A DNA stretch of 64,000 nucleotides from the NCBI GenBank assembly GCA_045863335.1, contig BTVY01000002.1:211758-275757 (forward strand). The letters run 5' to 3'. The stretch comes from Candidatus Hydrogenedentota bacterium (GTDB lineage: Bacteria; Hydrogenedentota; Hydrogenedentia; Hydrogenedentales; SLHB01). This document shows, one piece after another, positions 29,104-39,943 of this stretch (the first letter of the stretch is position 1; the number at the start of each line of letters is the position of its first letter). The notes below the pieces were generated by a model. The model made no database searches and had not been told where the DNA came from. It saw only the letters and a program-made list of their open reading frames with translations. A program made the position numbers and the translations under genes.

Positions 29104-32100
29104 TCAGGTGTTTGCAGCGCGTTCCCGCACGACGCGGCTGACCATCTCGATCAATGCAATCGTTGTGTACGGCTTTTGGATAAATGGAAGCACTTTGAGT
29201 TCGTTGTACCGGTCGGAAGCTTCAATCTCCGAATACCCGCTCGAAAGTATGACCGGCACCTTCGGATCACGCTTGCGAATCTCGGCGAAGGCTTCCGCAC
29301 CGTCCATGACCGGCATCGTCATATCGAGTAGTACGCAACCGATGGACCCTTGGTGGGCCTCGAACACCTCGACCGCTTCGCGACCGTCCTCCGCCAGGAG
29401 AACTTCGTATCCGAAGCGCTCGAGAGTCAGGCGAGCGATGCGGCGCACCACCGGTTCGTCGTCGACAACGAGGACGACGCTCCCGCCCACTTCGTACTCG
29501 ATATCTTCCGTCGTCTCCTGGGGAACTTCCGTCGCGGCGCGGCAGGGGAACAGAACGCGAATGACCGTGCCCTCGCCCAAGGTGCTGTCCACTTTGATGG
29601 CCGATCGGTGCGCCCGGGCGATGCCGAGCACTGCGGCCAGGCCGAGACCTCGACCCGGGAACTTTGTGCTGAAGAAGGGATCGAAAATGCGGCTCTGAAT
29701 CTGCGGTTCCATTCCACATCCGGTGTCAGCCACCTCGATGAACACGTACTGGCCCTCTTGGAAGTCATCCTGTATGTACGTCGTGCCGAGGTATGCGGCG
29801 TCGGCCTTCATCACCCCCGTCGTAACGCGGATGTTCCCTCCGGTAGCCTCGACCGCGTCCGACGCATTAGTCACAAGATTGAGGATGACCTGCCGCAACT
29901 GTCCGGAGTCGCCCTCGATTTCGGGAAGGTCGTGATTCAAACGAACGTTGAGAAACGCACGCTTGGAAACGGCCGCCTCGATGAGATGCATCATCTCCTC
30001 CACCACGCGGGTGAGATCGACCGGGCGGAAACTGAACGCTCCCTTGCCTGAATACGCGAGAAGCTGAGTAGTCAGTTCCGCGGCATGGTGAGCCGCCTGC
30101 TCGATGTGAACGATACACTCCCGTACCGTGGAGTCTGCCGGCAATTCGAGCATGGCAAGCCCCGCGTTGCCGATGATACCCATCAGAAGGTTGTTAAAGT
30201 CATGGGCGATCCCGCCGGCCAAAACGCCGAGGCTCTCCAGCTTCTGGGCATGCTGCACCTGCGCTTCCAGGTGCTGCCGCTCGCTTTCCGCTTCCTTGCG
30301 GAGCATGGCGTTCCCGAAGATCTGGCCGATGATGGTCGCCATGACGACGTCGTCATCCGACCAAGGCTGCACGCGAGAGACCGTTTCAAACCCGAAGATA
30401 CCAATGAGTCGCCGGCTGACCATGATGGGCACGTTCAGGAGGGATCGGATGTGTTGATTCTCCATCAATCGGCGCTCCCGGCCGGCGACGTCCGGAAGGT
30501 CGTCGAGCGTATGAAGCACGAGAGGATTGCCTTGCCCGAATTGGCCGACTGCCCAGGGAAACTCCTCCACCAGGATTACGTCGGAAATGACGCTCTTAAA
30601 GGACTGTATTCCTTCCGCACACCATTCGAAAGAGTCGATCAGTGTTCCCGTCTCGTCGGAGATCCAGTTCAGGTAGCATCGATCCACCCGGAGGAACTCA
30701 CCAACGGTCCGCAGCGCCGACTCGACTGCGTCATCAATTTCATCAGGCGCCACGCCGATGAACTGGCTGGATACGGCGGTCACGATACGTTCGAATTCGA
30801 CCCTTCGTAGCACTTCTTTCTCGGCATTTCGCCGGCTTACGACGTTGGCGATGATCTCACCGACGATTCGCACGGCGTTCTCGATATGTTCGCTCCACTG
30901 ACGGGTCTCGTCCTCCGACCACAGCGCGAATACGCCGATGGTCTCTTCATTGTGTCTCACAGGTGCGACGAGCACATTGCCTTCTCGCATGAATTCGAGA
31001 TTGATGACCACTCCGGGCGCATTCTGCACGTCGTCCGGAAGCCCGCGAAACGTCACCGTCCGTCCATCTCCAAGGCGATCGACAAGAAACCGGTACTGCT
31101 CAACCGAGCTGCCAACGAGCGGATGAAAGACGGGAGGAGTCGGGGTTTTCCACCATTCGAAGACGTGTTTTACGAGACCACGGGGCAAATCCGCAAGTAT
31201 GAGCACCGCGCACGCCGCATCGGCAAACGTGCCGAGGCCGGCAAGTGCGGCGGTGATCGAACTATCCAAGTCGTGGGCTATGCGGCTCACAAGTTGTGTC
31301 GAGATGCGAACGATCAGGCGCTCGGTTTCGACGCGCTTGCGCAGCTCTTCTTCAATCCGCTTCTGTTCCGAAATGTCGATACACGAAACCATGAAGCAGA
31401 GCGGCGAACCGTCGGCATCCAGAACGCGCGTCGCCGCGAGATGGACCTCGAAGTGGGTTCCATTCTTGCGCTTGGCCGTAAGTTGGCCCGACCAGTGGTT
31501 GTGCTGCACAAGACGAATGCCGACGTAGCGCGCCATTCGTTCGTCCGCCCAGAAGTCTTGGGCGAACTGACCGATCACCTCCTCGACCTTGCCGTACCCC
31601 CACAGCCCCGCCAAAGCCTCGTTGGCGTACGTGATCGTTCCATCCAGATCGGCCATCGCGACCGGGCTGATGGACGAATCGATCGCCATCTGACGAATCC
31701 GATCCAACTGAAGCGCCCGGCGGCGTTGGGTCACGTCTTGCAGCACGAATTGAAGATACTCCTTGCCGGACTCCGGGTCACGCACCAAGTAGCAGTCGAA
31801 CTGAACCCATCGCTCCGTCCCGTCGGAGGCAAGAAAAGACACCTCCTCACGGCGAATGCGAGCGGATCGGCGTAACTCGTCAACAAGTCTATCCACCGGG
31901 ATTGGGCAGGCGGTCAGATCTGGGAGTTTGCTGTTGGGTGCAAGAGAAGGCGCGCCCCCACGATGTGCCACATCAAGCACCTTGAGCGCGGTTTCGTCTA
32001 CGGAAGCAATGACGCCCGACGCCGCGACCCGGAGCAATCCGATCCCGGCAAAGCCCAAAGCTTCCTGACGAATATGGTCCATATCATCCAATGGAGGATG

Positions 32101-32190
32101 GCTGAAGTCCACGAAGGCTACTCCGTCGTATGACGCGCGGAACTGCGAGGACGGGTTCGGATAGTTGTCGAAACAGGGTCCGCCGGGCAA
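29104..32190 (-). CDS. Hybrid sensor kinase PAS-PAS-GAF-GAF-HisKA-HATPase-REC (cytoplasmic)
   Basis: AQKLESLGVLAGGIAHDFNNLL, NLVTNASDA, DTGCGM, FDPFFSTK, GLGL, VVDDE..LDMTMP. True start may be 32112 or 32082. Confidence 0.92.
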   Translation of the reverse strand: MPGGPCFDNYPNPSSQFRASYDGVAFVDFSHPPLDDMDHIRQEALGFAGIGLLRVAASGVIASVDETALKVLDVAHRGGAPSLAPNSKLPDLTACPIPVDRLVDELRRSARIRREEVSFLASDGTERWVQFDCYLVRDPESGKEYLQFVLQDVTQRRRALQLDRIRQMAIDSSISPVAMADLDGTITYANEALAGLWGYGKVEEVIGQFAQDFWADERMARYVGIRLVQHNHWSGQLTAKRKNGTHFEVHLAATRVLDADGSPLCFMVSCIDISEQKRIEEELRKRVETERLIVRISTQLVSRIAHDLDSSITAALAGLGTFADAACAVLILADLPRGLVKHVFEWWKTPTPPVFHPLVGSSVEQYRFLVDRLGDGRTVTFRGLPDDVQNAPGVVINLEFMREGNVLVAPVRHNEETIGVFALWSEDETRQWSEHIENAVRIVGEIIANVVSRRNAEKEVLRRVEFERIVTAVSSQFIGVAPDEIDDAVESALRTVGEFLRVDRCYLNWISDETGTLIDSFEWCAEGIQSFKSVISDVILVEEFPWAVGQFGQGNPLVLHTLDDLPDVAGRERRLMENQHIRSLLNVPIMVSRRLIGIFGFETVSRVQPWSDDDVVMATIIGQIFGNAMLRKEAESERQHLEAQVQHAQKLESLGVLAGGIAHDFNNLLMGIIGNAGLAMLELPADSTVRECIVHIEQAAHHAAELTTQLLAYSGKGAFSFRPVDLTRVVEEMMHLIEAAVSKRAFLNVRLNHDLPEIEGDSGQLRQVILNLVTNASDAVEATGGNIRVTTGVMKADAAYLGTTYIQDDFQEGQYVFIEVADTGCGMEPQIQSRIFDPFFSTKFPGRGLGLAAVLGIARAHRSAIKVDSTLGEGTVIRVLFPCRAATEVPQETTEDIEYEVGGSVVLVVDDEPVVRRIARLTLERFGYEVLLAEDGREAVEVFEAHQGSIGCVLLDMTMPVMDGAEAFAEIRKRDPKVPVILSSGYSEIEASDRYNELKVLPFIQKPYTTIALIEMVSRVVRERAANT

Positions 32191-32354
32191 GTCATTAATC
32201 GCTATCGAAGTTTGAAAGTTCCACGACCAAACTCGGATGGTAGCAAAAGACTACACTTGGAACAACCGCTATCCGCTCGGATCGGTTGCCCGAAGTCGCT
32301 CACCCGGACGGGTCGTTGAATCGACATTACGCCCGCTGGCCGTTTTCCGGCCGC

Positions 32355-33281
32355 TCAGGAGCCCGCGGCTCGAATATGGCCGACCGTCTTCTCAAGACCT
32401 TCTTGAAGCGAAATGGAAGGTTGCCAGCCGAGGACACTCCGCGCCCGATCTCCCGTAATATAGATTTGACGGACTTCCCCCGGGCGGAGTTCCTTGAGAA
32501 TGGGCTCATGGGGAAACCCGAGGATTTCCCGAAGTGTGTCAAAAATGGTCCGAACCGATGTTCCCACACCCGACCCGAGGTTCAGGGTCTCTCCCGAACC
32601 GTGCTCGACCGCAAGCAGATTGGCTCGGGCGATGTCCCCCACGTACACATAATCGCGCAATGGTTCACCGAAACCAAAGAGGGTCGGGGCTTTGCCTTCC
32701 AGCATGAGGCCGATGAGAATGGAACACACGCCCGCCTCGCCATGGGGGTTCTGGCGGGGTCCGTAAACGTTAGGATACCGAAGGATGGTGAAGTCCAATC
32801 CATACAGATGCCGGTAGAGATAGATATAGTGCTCCACCGAGTATTTCGCGGCGCCGTAATGGCAAATTGGCTTGGGCCAATACGCCTCCGACACGGGAAG
32901 ATCGGGCGGTTCGCCGTAGATGGCCCCGCCGGTGGAGGCGAAGATGAACTTCCTTGCGCCACACTTCACAGCGCATTCGAGCACATTCAGAGAACCGCGG
33001 ATGTTGACGTCGGCGTCGAATGACGGCTCTTCCACGCTCCGGCGCACGTCAATCTGTGCGGCGAGGTGATTGACCACGTCCGGCTTCACTTCGTCGAATA
33101 TCGCGCAGAGGCCTTCCGAGCGCACGTCCATTTCGTAAAAGGTAGCGTTGGAATTCACGAAGTTGCGAAACCCCGAACTCAAGTTATCGACAACCGCGAC
33201 ATCATGCCCCGCGTTGATATAGGTATCGACGACGTGGGACCCGATGAAACCGGCTCCACCGGTGACGAGAATCTTGCTCAT
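32355..33281 (-). CDS. NAD-dependent epimerase/dehydratase (UDP-glucose 4-epimerase-like)
   Basis: VTGGAGFIGSH, HLAAQ, STGGAIYG, YGAAK, NVYGPRQ. Confidence 0.93.
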   Translation of the reverse strand: MSKILVTGGAGFIGSHVVDTYINAGHDVAVVDNLSSGFRNFVNSNATFYEMDVRSEGLCAIFDEVKPDVVNHLAAQIDVRRSVEEPSFDADVNIRGSLNVLECAVKCGARKFIFASTGGAIYGEPPDLPVSEAYWPKPICHYGAAKYSVEHYIYLYRHLYGLDFTILRYPNVYGPRQNPHGEAGVCSILIGLMLEGKAPTLFGFGEPLRDYVYVGDIARANLLAVEHGSGETLNLGSGVGTSVRTIFDTLREILGFPHEPILKELRPGEVRQIYITGDRARSVLGWQPSISLQEGLEKTVGHIRAAGS

Positions 33282-33390
33282 AGTACCTCGCAGAACAGAA
33301 AGTGAAAACGATTACCGTTGCTATTGGGATGATTTGGGCCGGGTCAGTATGACGCGACTGGCGCATCATGGAGGATCGAGCTGGCGCGAG

Positions 33391-34131
33391 TCAATGCGGA
33401 CGAAGAGGGCCGAAGGAAGCGCCAACTCTAAGTTGTTCCCCAGGTTGCGTCTCGTCCGGCGGAGCGCCGATCTCCGCGGCGGAGGGGTCGACGTATTCCA
33501 GACTTTCCACCAGCTGGGGGAGATTCCGGCCCGCCCACGCCGCCGTATTCAAAAACGATACCGTGCCATCCATCCAGAGCACGTTGCCGCCACCGGGAAT
33601 GTGATTGGAATTCACGACGGGTCCGCGTTCTCCGGTTTCCCCTTCCGGCCAGCCGCTGAAGGCATCCCACATGATCGGTATACGCGGTATACTACGGTCC
33701 GGCGGTGGAAGAAGGATGGGCGCACTGGTGTATACCCCGAGATAATCGTAGCTGCCGCGCAAGCTGTGCTCAGCCATGAGGTAAGTGCTTGGATCGACTG
33801 GATTGCCCTCCCGGTCGGTGAAGTCGGAACCCATCGGATTGGAAGGGCAAACGAACGACAGCGTATGGGGAAGGTAGTCCGGAAACAAGAAACGCACGCA
33901 GCGCGCGTCACCGTTTCCGCCGCTCCAGGGGAACGCGCCATTATTCTCCTTGGCATACATGTGGAGGGCCATCCCAAGTTGCGAAAGGTTGTTGAAGCAA
34001 CTGGCCCGCCGCGCCTGCTCCCGCGCGCGCGCGAGAGCCGGGAGCAAAATAGCGGCCAGGATGCCAATGATGGCAATCACCACAAGCAACTCAATCAAGG
34101 TGAATCCAGCTTTCACCCGCGCACATTTCAT
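33391..34131 (-). CDS. Prepilin-type N-methylation protein, DUF1559 with H-X9-DG motif
   Basis: AG|[41 protein letters not shown]-terminal [14 protein letters not shown]. Confidence 0.92.
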   Translation of the reverse strand: MKCARVKAGFTLIELLVVIAIIGILAAILLPALARAREQARRASCFNNLSQLGMALHMYAKENNGAFPWSGGNGDARCVRFLFPDYLPHTLSFVCPSNPMGSDFTDREGNPVDPSTYLMAEHSLRGSYDYLGVYTSAPILLPPPDRSIPRIPIMWDAFSGWPEGETGERGPVVNSNHIPGGGNVLWMDGTVSFLNTAAWAGRNLPQLVESLEYVDPSAAEIGAPPDETQPGEQLRVGASFGPLRPH

Positions 34132-34547
34132 GAGTACGCCTCCTGCCAGCGAAGAACCCGTACGGCACCACCATGACTGATCTCCGCCTCTACCGAGACT
34201 GTGGCGCGTATCGACGAGTCGGCGTGGGCGCTCCCAGTGCTCTCAACAAGGAACCGTCCCTCACTGGCGGGCGTCACGACAACGGAGAAAGCGCCGCTGC
34301 CAAACGGGACTTCACTTCCGCCGGAGCTAAAGCCCGAGCCTTTCTGCAACTGATAGAGCGCCAGTTCGATCCCCGCCTCTGCGATGTAAAGGGCCTGGAT
34401 CTCAGTTTCTCGATCGTTGGCGCGGTCGAGGCTCTGATGAAAACTACTCACCAGCACGGTGGCGATTATGGAGAGCGCGACCATCACGCCCAGCGCGAGT
34501 AGAAGCGCCATTCCTTCCCTGCCGCCAGAACCGGGATGGGAACTCAT
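34128..34547 (-). CDS. Minor pseudopilin, PilX/GspK-like
   Basis: REG|MALLLAL (no Glu5, as in GspK/PilX), [19 protein letters not shown] overlaps on both sides. Confidence 0.8.
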   Translation of the reverse strand: MSSHPGSGGREGMALLLALGVMVALSIIATVLVSSFHQSLDRANDRETEIQALYIAEAGIELALYQLQKGSGFSSGGSEVPFGSGAFSVVVTPASEGRFLVESTGSAHADSSIRATVSVEAEISHGGAVRVLRWQEAYS

Positions 34548-35116
34548 ACTGCACCTCCCGACGGCCGGATCGACGCCACGCACTGCAAACCACTACCGGT
34601 CCGGTTATCTAGCCGATCCGCGAACAAGCGCAGGTCCAGATGCACCGTGCGCGTTCCTTGTCCCGGACTACGATCATATGTGAATTCCACGACCTCAAAT
34701 GGAACGGCATAGCGCCTGCTCCGGTCCACTTCGAGAGCGCCATTTCGCAGCACATAGCGATTCATGTATGGGAATCCGTCCTCGGATGTAGCAAACAAGA
34801 TAAACGGAATCGCGCCGGGGTCGTCCGGATTCGACGGCATTCGGAGAACGACTTGCGCACTGCCCGATACGAAACCTGAGCGTTCAGCCTCGACGGAGAC
34901 TGCCTCACGAACGGCTTGGGTAAAATCGCGTTGTATCGCAGAGGCAGCGTTCATGCGAAGCAAGGCCGTCTCGCCCACTTGCATCAACCGGTTTCCCTGA
35001 ATGAAAGCCACCGCGCAGATATTGATGAAGATCGCCAGCCCCGCTATGTATGCCAGCATTTCCAGGAGCGTCATGCCTTCGGTTCGCGCAGCCGATCTGA
35101 ATGCGGATGCACTCAT
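34544..35116 (-). CDS. Minor pseudopilin, PilW/GspJ-like
   Basis: EG|MTLLEML plus a hydrophobic helix. ATGA overlaps. Confidence 0.78.
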   Translation of the reverse strand: MSASAFRSAARTEGMTLLEMLAYIAGLAIFINICAVAFIQGNRLMQVGETALLRMNAASAIQRDFTQAVREAVSVEAERSGFVSGSAQVVLRMPSNPDDPGAIPFILFATSEDGFPYMNRYVLRNGALEVDRSRRYAVPFEVVEFTYDRSPGQGTRTVHLDLRLFADRLDNRTGSGLQCVASIRPSGGAV

Positions 35117-35547
35117 CGCGCACCTCCTCGGTCGCCAACGAGCGTAGCCGCCGATTTTTCCATGGCACGGCCCTGGTCGCCTGTCCAACGAACGACGACC
35201 TCGGCCACAAGCAATCCCGAATCTCCCGAATTGAAGGGGCGCAACTCAACCGTCGCCGTGACATCCGCCAACTGTTCCAAGCCCGGCGAGCGCTCGGCGA
35301 ACTCGTGGGTTCCCGTAGCGAGCAGCGAAAAGTCCGTTCCGCGCAACGTCTCCATCTCGTTCTGAATGGCCCGCATCGCGATGCCGTCCTCCTTGAGCAC
35401 CCGCATCCGGGAAAGCGTGTAGTGGAAAGTCTGGAACGCTCCCATCATGCCGACCGAGAAGACGAACAGCGCCGCCGTCAGCTCGAGCATCGACGTGCCA
35501 AGTTTGTCCGTACGTTCCCGGTGTGTATGTGTCGTTATCATGCTCAT
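35113..35547 (-). CDS. Minor pseudopilin, PilV/GspI-like
   Basis: LG|TSMLEL, A...MET(L)R, C-terminal V.V.W. Confidence 0.78.
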   Translation of the reverse strand: MSMITTHTHRERTDKLGTSMLELTAALFVFSVGMMGAFQTFHYTLSRMRVLKEDGIAMRAIQNEMETLRGTDFSLLATGTHEFAERSPGLEQLADVTATVELRPFNSGDSGLLVAEVVVRWTGDQGRAMEKSAATLVGDRGGAR

Positions 35548-36821
35548 GTCATCCCCGCTGGAAGCACGCGGCGCATTTCATCCAGCGTCGTTATGCCGGT
35601 CTCGGCACACGCCAAGGCTGCATCCTCAAGGGACGTCATCCCCGCTACGACGGCCGCACGGTGAATCGTCGCCGTCCTGGCACGACTCAAGATCAACTCT
35701 GCAACCGTCTCGTCGGCCATCAGTAGTTCCCCGACGGCCGTTCGGCCGCGAAATCCTATGCCTTCGCAGTTTGGACAACCCGCGCCCGCGCGGAACGTGC
35801 CGGATTCTGGAACGACGCCGAATCGCGCACACAAGCGCTCGTCCGGAACGACAGGCGCGCTGCAAGCGGGACAGTTGACGCGTACCAACCGCTGCGCAAG
35901 AACGCCCGTCACGGATGACGCGATCAGGAAGGGCTCGATGCCCATGTCCAGCAGGCGCGTGAACACCCCGGCGGCCGTGCCACTGTGTATCGTGCTGATA
36001 ACCAAGTGGCCTGTAAGCCCAGCCTGAATTGCGGCGTGCGCGGTGGCCGGATCGCGGATCTCCCCGAGCATGATCACTTCGGGATCCTGACGAAGGACAG
36101 CCCGCAGCGCTTCCTCGTAGGTGAGGCCCGTGTGGGGATTGATTTCGGTTTGCGTAATCTTGGGCATCCGGTATTCGACTGGGTCTTCGATGGCGACTAC
36201 GTGGGGCGCGGGATCGCGCGATTGCACGATGGCCTGAAGCAACGCGTAGATCGTCGTAGTCTTGCCGCTCGAACTGGGACCGGTCAGCAAGAGCGTGCCG
36301 CTGGGCCGCCCTATCAATTCCCGGAGCGCGCCGGCCAGATCGGCGTCGAATCCGAGCGCGTCCAAGGCCAGCATTCCGTCCGGCGTATCGAGCATCCGGA
36401 CGGTCACCTTCTCCCCGTTCACCGTTGGAAATGTGGACACGCGCATCGCGCGCCCGGATGGCGTGGCGTCGGGTTCGATGCGGCCGTCTTGAGGTACGTC
36501 CCGGTGATAGGTTGCGATGCGGGCGATGACTTTCAATCGCGTCGTGATCCACGCGTGAAATTCTCGCGGAAGCTGCGCCACGTCGTGGAGAATCCCGTCG
36601 ATGCGATAGCGGATGGTCAGAGAATCCCGCCAGGGTTCGAAATGAATGTCACTTGCGCGATGTGGCACGGCTTGCATGAGGATCAAGTCGACGGCGTCAA
36701 CGGCGGCGGAATCGCCGCCACGGGCCAAGCGCTCCCGCAATCGGGCTTCAATCGCCTCGAATGGTTCGCGGCCGGACGACTCCCCGTCGCTGTCGCGTTC
36801 TATGACTCGCAATGACGTCAT
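35544..36821 (-). CDS. gspE: GspE/PilB-family assembly ATPase lacking the N-terminal N1/MshEN domain
   Basis: ASDIHFEP, PQDGR, Walker A GPSSSGKTT, IEDPVE, RQDPEVIMLGEIRD, TGHLVISTIH, CPAC/CPNC. Confidence 0.9.
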   Translation of the reverse strand: MTSLRVIERDSDGESSGREPFEAIEARLRERLARGGDSAAVDAVDLILMQAVPHRASDIHFEPWRDSLTIRYRIDGILHDVAQLPREFHAWITTRLKVIARIATYHRDVPQDGRIEPDATPSGRAMRVSTFPTVNGEKVTVRMLDTPDGMLALDALGFDADLAGALRELIGRPSGTLLLTGPSSSGKTTTIYALLQAIVQSRDPAPHVVAIEDPVEYRMPKITQTEINPHTGLTYEEALRAVLRQDPEVIMLGEIRDPATAHAAIQAGLTGHLVISTIHSGTAAGVFTRLLDMGIEPFLIASSVTGVLAQRLVRVNCPACSAPVVPDERLCARFGVVPESGTFRAGAGCPNCEGIGFRGRTAVGELLMADETVAELILSRARTATIHRAAVVAGMTSLEDAALACAETGITTLDEMRRVLPAGMT

Positions 36822-36853
36822 ACCACCGCCGTTCCTGACACGCACCGCATGGT

Positions 36854-38035
36854 TTAGACCCCTCCTCCGATCGCGTCCGCAAGGGTTGTTAACAAGGTAA
36901 ACACGGAGAGTTCAAAGAAAAGGACACCAAGGGACAGCACCAACACCCCGCAGGGGCACACGGTATCGACGAGAATGCGCGTCGTCTTCAGCGTCTGGGC
37001 CTCGTACAATGCCGCGATACGTTCAAAAGCCGCAGCTAGCCGACCACTGGATTCGCCGAGCGCGATAAGCGCGTGGAAGGAATCGGGGAAACGGTTATCC
37101 TCCCGCACGGCCTGGCTGAGCGACATGCCTTCTTCGACCTTTCGTCTCACCGCGCGCAGCGCTTCCCGAAGACTGGAAACGATTTCCAGGTCTTCACTGT
37201 CGCGGAGCGCGTCGTTGAGTGGAACGCCCGCGTGAAGCAGTCGCGCCAGCACACGGGCCGCTAGCCCGAGATCGTTTTTAGCGATAACACCGCGCACCAA
37301 CGGGATCGTACTGCCCAAACCTTTCAATCGATACCGCGACATTCCGGAAAATGTCACGCTGATCAGCATCAACACGGCGGCAACAACGAAGACGCCGCCT
37401 ACCACCGACCCGACAATTCGAGTCCGATCGTCCGCCGTGGCCTGGCCGACGGCCATCATGGGATCCAGCACAGCCGGAATGTCATCGGTGAAGTAACCAA
37501 TGGTGTCGGCAAACTCGGGAAATACAAGAAGCGAGAGGACCAGGAACGTTGCCAATTGTATGAACAGGACGAGTGCAAGGTACGCAGCCCATCCCCAAAT
37601 CTTCGTCGCGTGCTTCTTCTCCTCGGCCAGATGGTCCTGAAGTTGATCCAATGTATCCGGCAAGGAACCGCTCATTTCCCCTACTTTGATTAAATCTACA
37701 TAATACGGTGGAAAGAACCGATTCCGCTGGGCCATGGATTCGTGGAGCGCCATCCCCGAGGCCAGGTTGTCCCGCAAGGCCTGGAGAACAAGCTGCACCT
37801 TGCGGCGCGGCGCATCCCAGGCGGCGAGTTCCAATCCCTGAATCAGGGGAGCATTGCACTTTACGATGGCCTGCACCTGCGAAGTGACCAGCATGAGGTC
37901 CCGCCGCCAGAACGATCGGTGTATATAGCGCGGACCCGCCCATCGGTGGCCGCGGCGCGCGTGATACACATGGGGCGGCACAAAACCGCGAAACACGGTC
38001 GTTACGTCTGTTTTGAGTATCTGTTTCCAGTTCAT
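36854..38035 (-). CDS. gspF: GspF/PilC platform protein, paralog 2
   Basis: Two T2SSF repeats (FPPYYVDLIKVGEMSGSL; FPDSFHALIALGESSGRL) and 3 TM helices. Confidence 0.85.
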   Translation of the reverse strand: MNWKQILKTDVTTVFRGFVPPHVYHARRGHRWAGPRYIHRSFWRRDLMLVTSQVQAIVKCNAPLIQGLELAAWDAPRRKVQLVLQALRDNLASGMALHESMAQRNRFFPPYYVDLIKVGEMSGSLPDTLDQLQDHLAEEKKHATKIWGWAAYLALVLFIQLATFLVLSLLVFPEFADTIGYFTDDIPAVLDPMMAVGQATADDRTRIVGSVVGGVFVVAAVLMLISVTFSGMSRYRLKGLGSTIPLVRGVIAKNDLGLAARVLARLLHAGVPLNDALRDSEDLEIVSSLREALRAVRRKVEEGMSLSQAVREDNRFPDSFHALIALGESSGRLAAAFERIAALYEAQTLKTTRILVDTVCPCGVLVLSLGVLFFELSVFTLLTTLADAIGGGV

Positions 38036-39252
38036 TGTCCGCTGATCACATCTGCCAGGCTAAACATGGGCAGGTAAATGGATGCGATGATGGACACGAC
38101 GATCATCCCGAGAAAGACCACGAGCAACGGGGGCACCACGGAGGTCAGCAAACGAGTCGTTCTCTGCCCCCCATGCTCATAAGTCTCCGCAAGGTGAAAC
38201 AGGGCATCGTCCACTTCATTCCGTTCCTCCGCGAGGCCCAGCAGCCAGCCAAAGGAGCCGTCGAAATACCCTGTCGCGTCGAACGCGCCGGCAAGGCTCG
38301 AGCCCTGCTGAACGTGGCGGGTCGCCGCGCTCACGGCACGGGACAAGACCGCATTCTCCGCCGTAGCTGAGGCGATCTCCAGGCCTTCCGGCAGCGGCAC
38401 GCGCGCGCGCAACAAGATACCAAGTGTCCGGCAGAAACGGGCCAGCGATCCCTGGCGGAAGGCCTTTCCAAACCCCGGCACCCGTAGCTTGATCCAGTCG
38501 AGATAGTAAGGGCCGTTCGCGGTGCCACGGGCGAATTTCATACCGAAGTGCCATGCGATGACCAGAATCGACACGAAGATAAGTATATTCGGATAGCGAT
38601 AGTTAAGGGTTTCCGACACGTCCAGCCAGAATCGCGTCAGCGCCGGCAATCCCGCGCCAAAATCCTGAAAGATTTCGCCAAACTGGGGGACGACAATGCC
38701 GAGAAGCAGCATCAGAACAAGCGCGCATACCACCACTACCAATGCCGGATATGCCAATGCCATCTGCATGCGATTGCGGTACTCGGCCATCTCGCCCGTG
38801 TACGCGCACATGTGATCGAGCACCGCAAGCAGGTTGCCCGACTTGTCGCCCGCAACGAGCGAAGCCCGGTAGACGGGTGGAAGTTTGTCGGCGACAGGTT
38901 CCAGCGCCTCTTCCAGGCTCTTTCCCTGTTCCAGGGAACCGCGGATCGACTCGAGCACGCTTTGGAGCCTGGGACTTCGCAGTTCCGTGGAGATCGCTTT
39001 GAGCGCGGGCGCGAGCGGGAGTCCGCTGCGGACGATGGCGTGGAGTTGCTGATTGAGCAGCTCGACCTCGTCCCAAGACAGCGCCCCGGTTCGGGACGGG
39101 GCCGGGACGGTCTCTGTCACCTGCTCGATGGAAGAAACCTGGAGCCCCTGCTCCTCGAGGATGGCCGATACGCGGACCGCGGAATCCTCGCTCATCGTGC
39201 CGCTGACGTCGCTCCCCTTGTCGTCGACCGCGCGGTACCGGTACTCGGGCAT
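38032..39252 (-). CDS. gspF: GspF/PilC platform protein, paralog 1
   Basis: MPEYRYRAVD..G...G, SGLPL, AGDKSGNL, ALAYP, VPQF..IF, LPALT, IYLPMF. Confidence 0.9.
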   Translation of the reverse strand: MPEYRYRAVDDKGSDVSGTMSEDSAVRVSAILEEQGLQVSSIEQVTETVPAPSRTGALSWDEVELLNQQLHAIVRSGLPLAPALKAISTELRSPRLQSVLESIRGSLEQGKSLEEALEPVADKLPPVYRASLVAGDKSGNLLAVLDHMCAYTGEMAEYRNRMQMALAYPALVVVVCALVLMLLLGIVVPQFGEIFQDFGAGLPALTRFWLDVSETLNYRYPNILIFVSILVIAWHFGMKFARGTANGPYYLDWIKLRVPGFGKAFRQGSLARFCRTLGILLRARVPLPEGLEIASATAENAVLSRAVSAATRHVQQGSSLAGAFDATGYFDGSFGWLLGLAEERNEVDDALFHLAETYEHGGQRTTRLLTSVVPPLLVVFLGMIVVSIIASIYLPMFSLADVISGQ

Positions 39253-39354
39253 CGTGCCACTCCTTTGCAATTGGGCGTAAGGGAAGGGCAGGTCAAGCGC
39301 TGAGCGTCCTCTTCCCCCATTCCGTGGATCGATGACAAAAAGGTGCCAAACCGA

Positions 39355-39882
39355 TCAGCCTGGGGGCGTACGAAGATCGTCCTTTGAACGCACATCGGCC
39401 ACAAAAACCGATTCGGCGAGTTGCGCCTGCTGTTCAAGCTCGTTCTTTCGCAAAATAAACGGGACGGTGACAGTGAGAACTTCGCGAACGTCTCCTCCGC
39501 CATCCGCGTGGGTACTGCCTCCCTCCGAGAACGATCTCGCCAGACGAACCCACGGCGCGGTTACTCCAAGGACGAACAGCACCACGGCGGCAATCGCGAG
39601 TTTTCGGATAGCATTGCGGGTGTTTTCGGCCCCCCATACACCGACGGATTGCATCGCGGCTTCACGCACGGCAATTCGTTCGCGAAGCGCGGATACCCCC
39701 TGCCCCAATCCCGGGTAGGTCAGTGCGGCGCGGCACACATTCTGCAAGGCGATTAACTCATCCAATTCTTCACGGCACGCGTAACACCGAGCTACGTGCA
39801 CTTCGACGGACACGCGTTCCGAGAAGCGGACGTCGTCATCGATGTAGTCGACGAACCTCTCTCGAACCTTTGAGCATTTCAT
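39355..39882 (-). CDS. Zinc-finger (zf-HC2) membrane anti-sigma factor
   Basis: MKC..V..YIDD..HVARCYAC (HxxxCxxC) and one TM helix. Directly downstream of the ECF sigma. Confidence 0.85.
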   Translation of the reverse strand: MKCSKVRERFVDYIDDDVRFSERVSVEVHVARCYACREELDELIALQNVCRAALTYPGLGQGVSALRERIAVREAAMQSVGVWGAENTRNAIRKLAIAAVVLFVLGVTAPWVRLARSFSEGGSTHADGGGDVREVLTVTVPFILRKNELEQQAQLAESVFVADVRSKDDLRTPPG

Positions 39883-39943
39883 GGGTCGCAGTCTCCACGT
39901 ATGAATCGATGAATTCCTGAAACAAATGTCCAAACTTGCGCAC

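Noticed and set aside
39333-39349. TTGGCACCTTTTTGTCA (minus strand) upstream of gspF
   Set aside because: Good -24 box, but the -12 position reads TC rather than GC. Not supportable as sigma54, and no clear ECF motif either.
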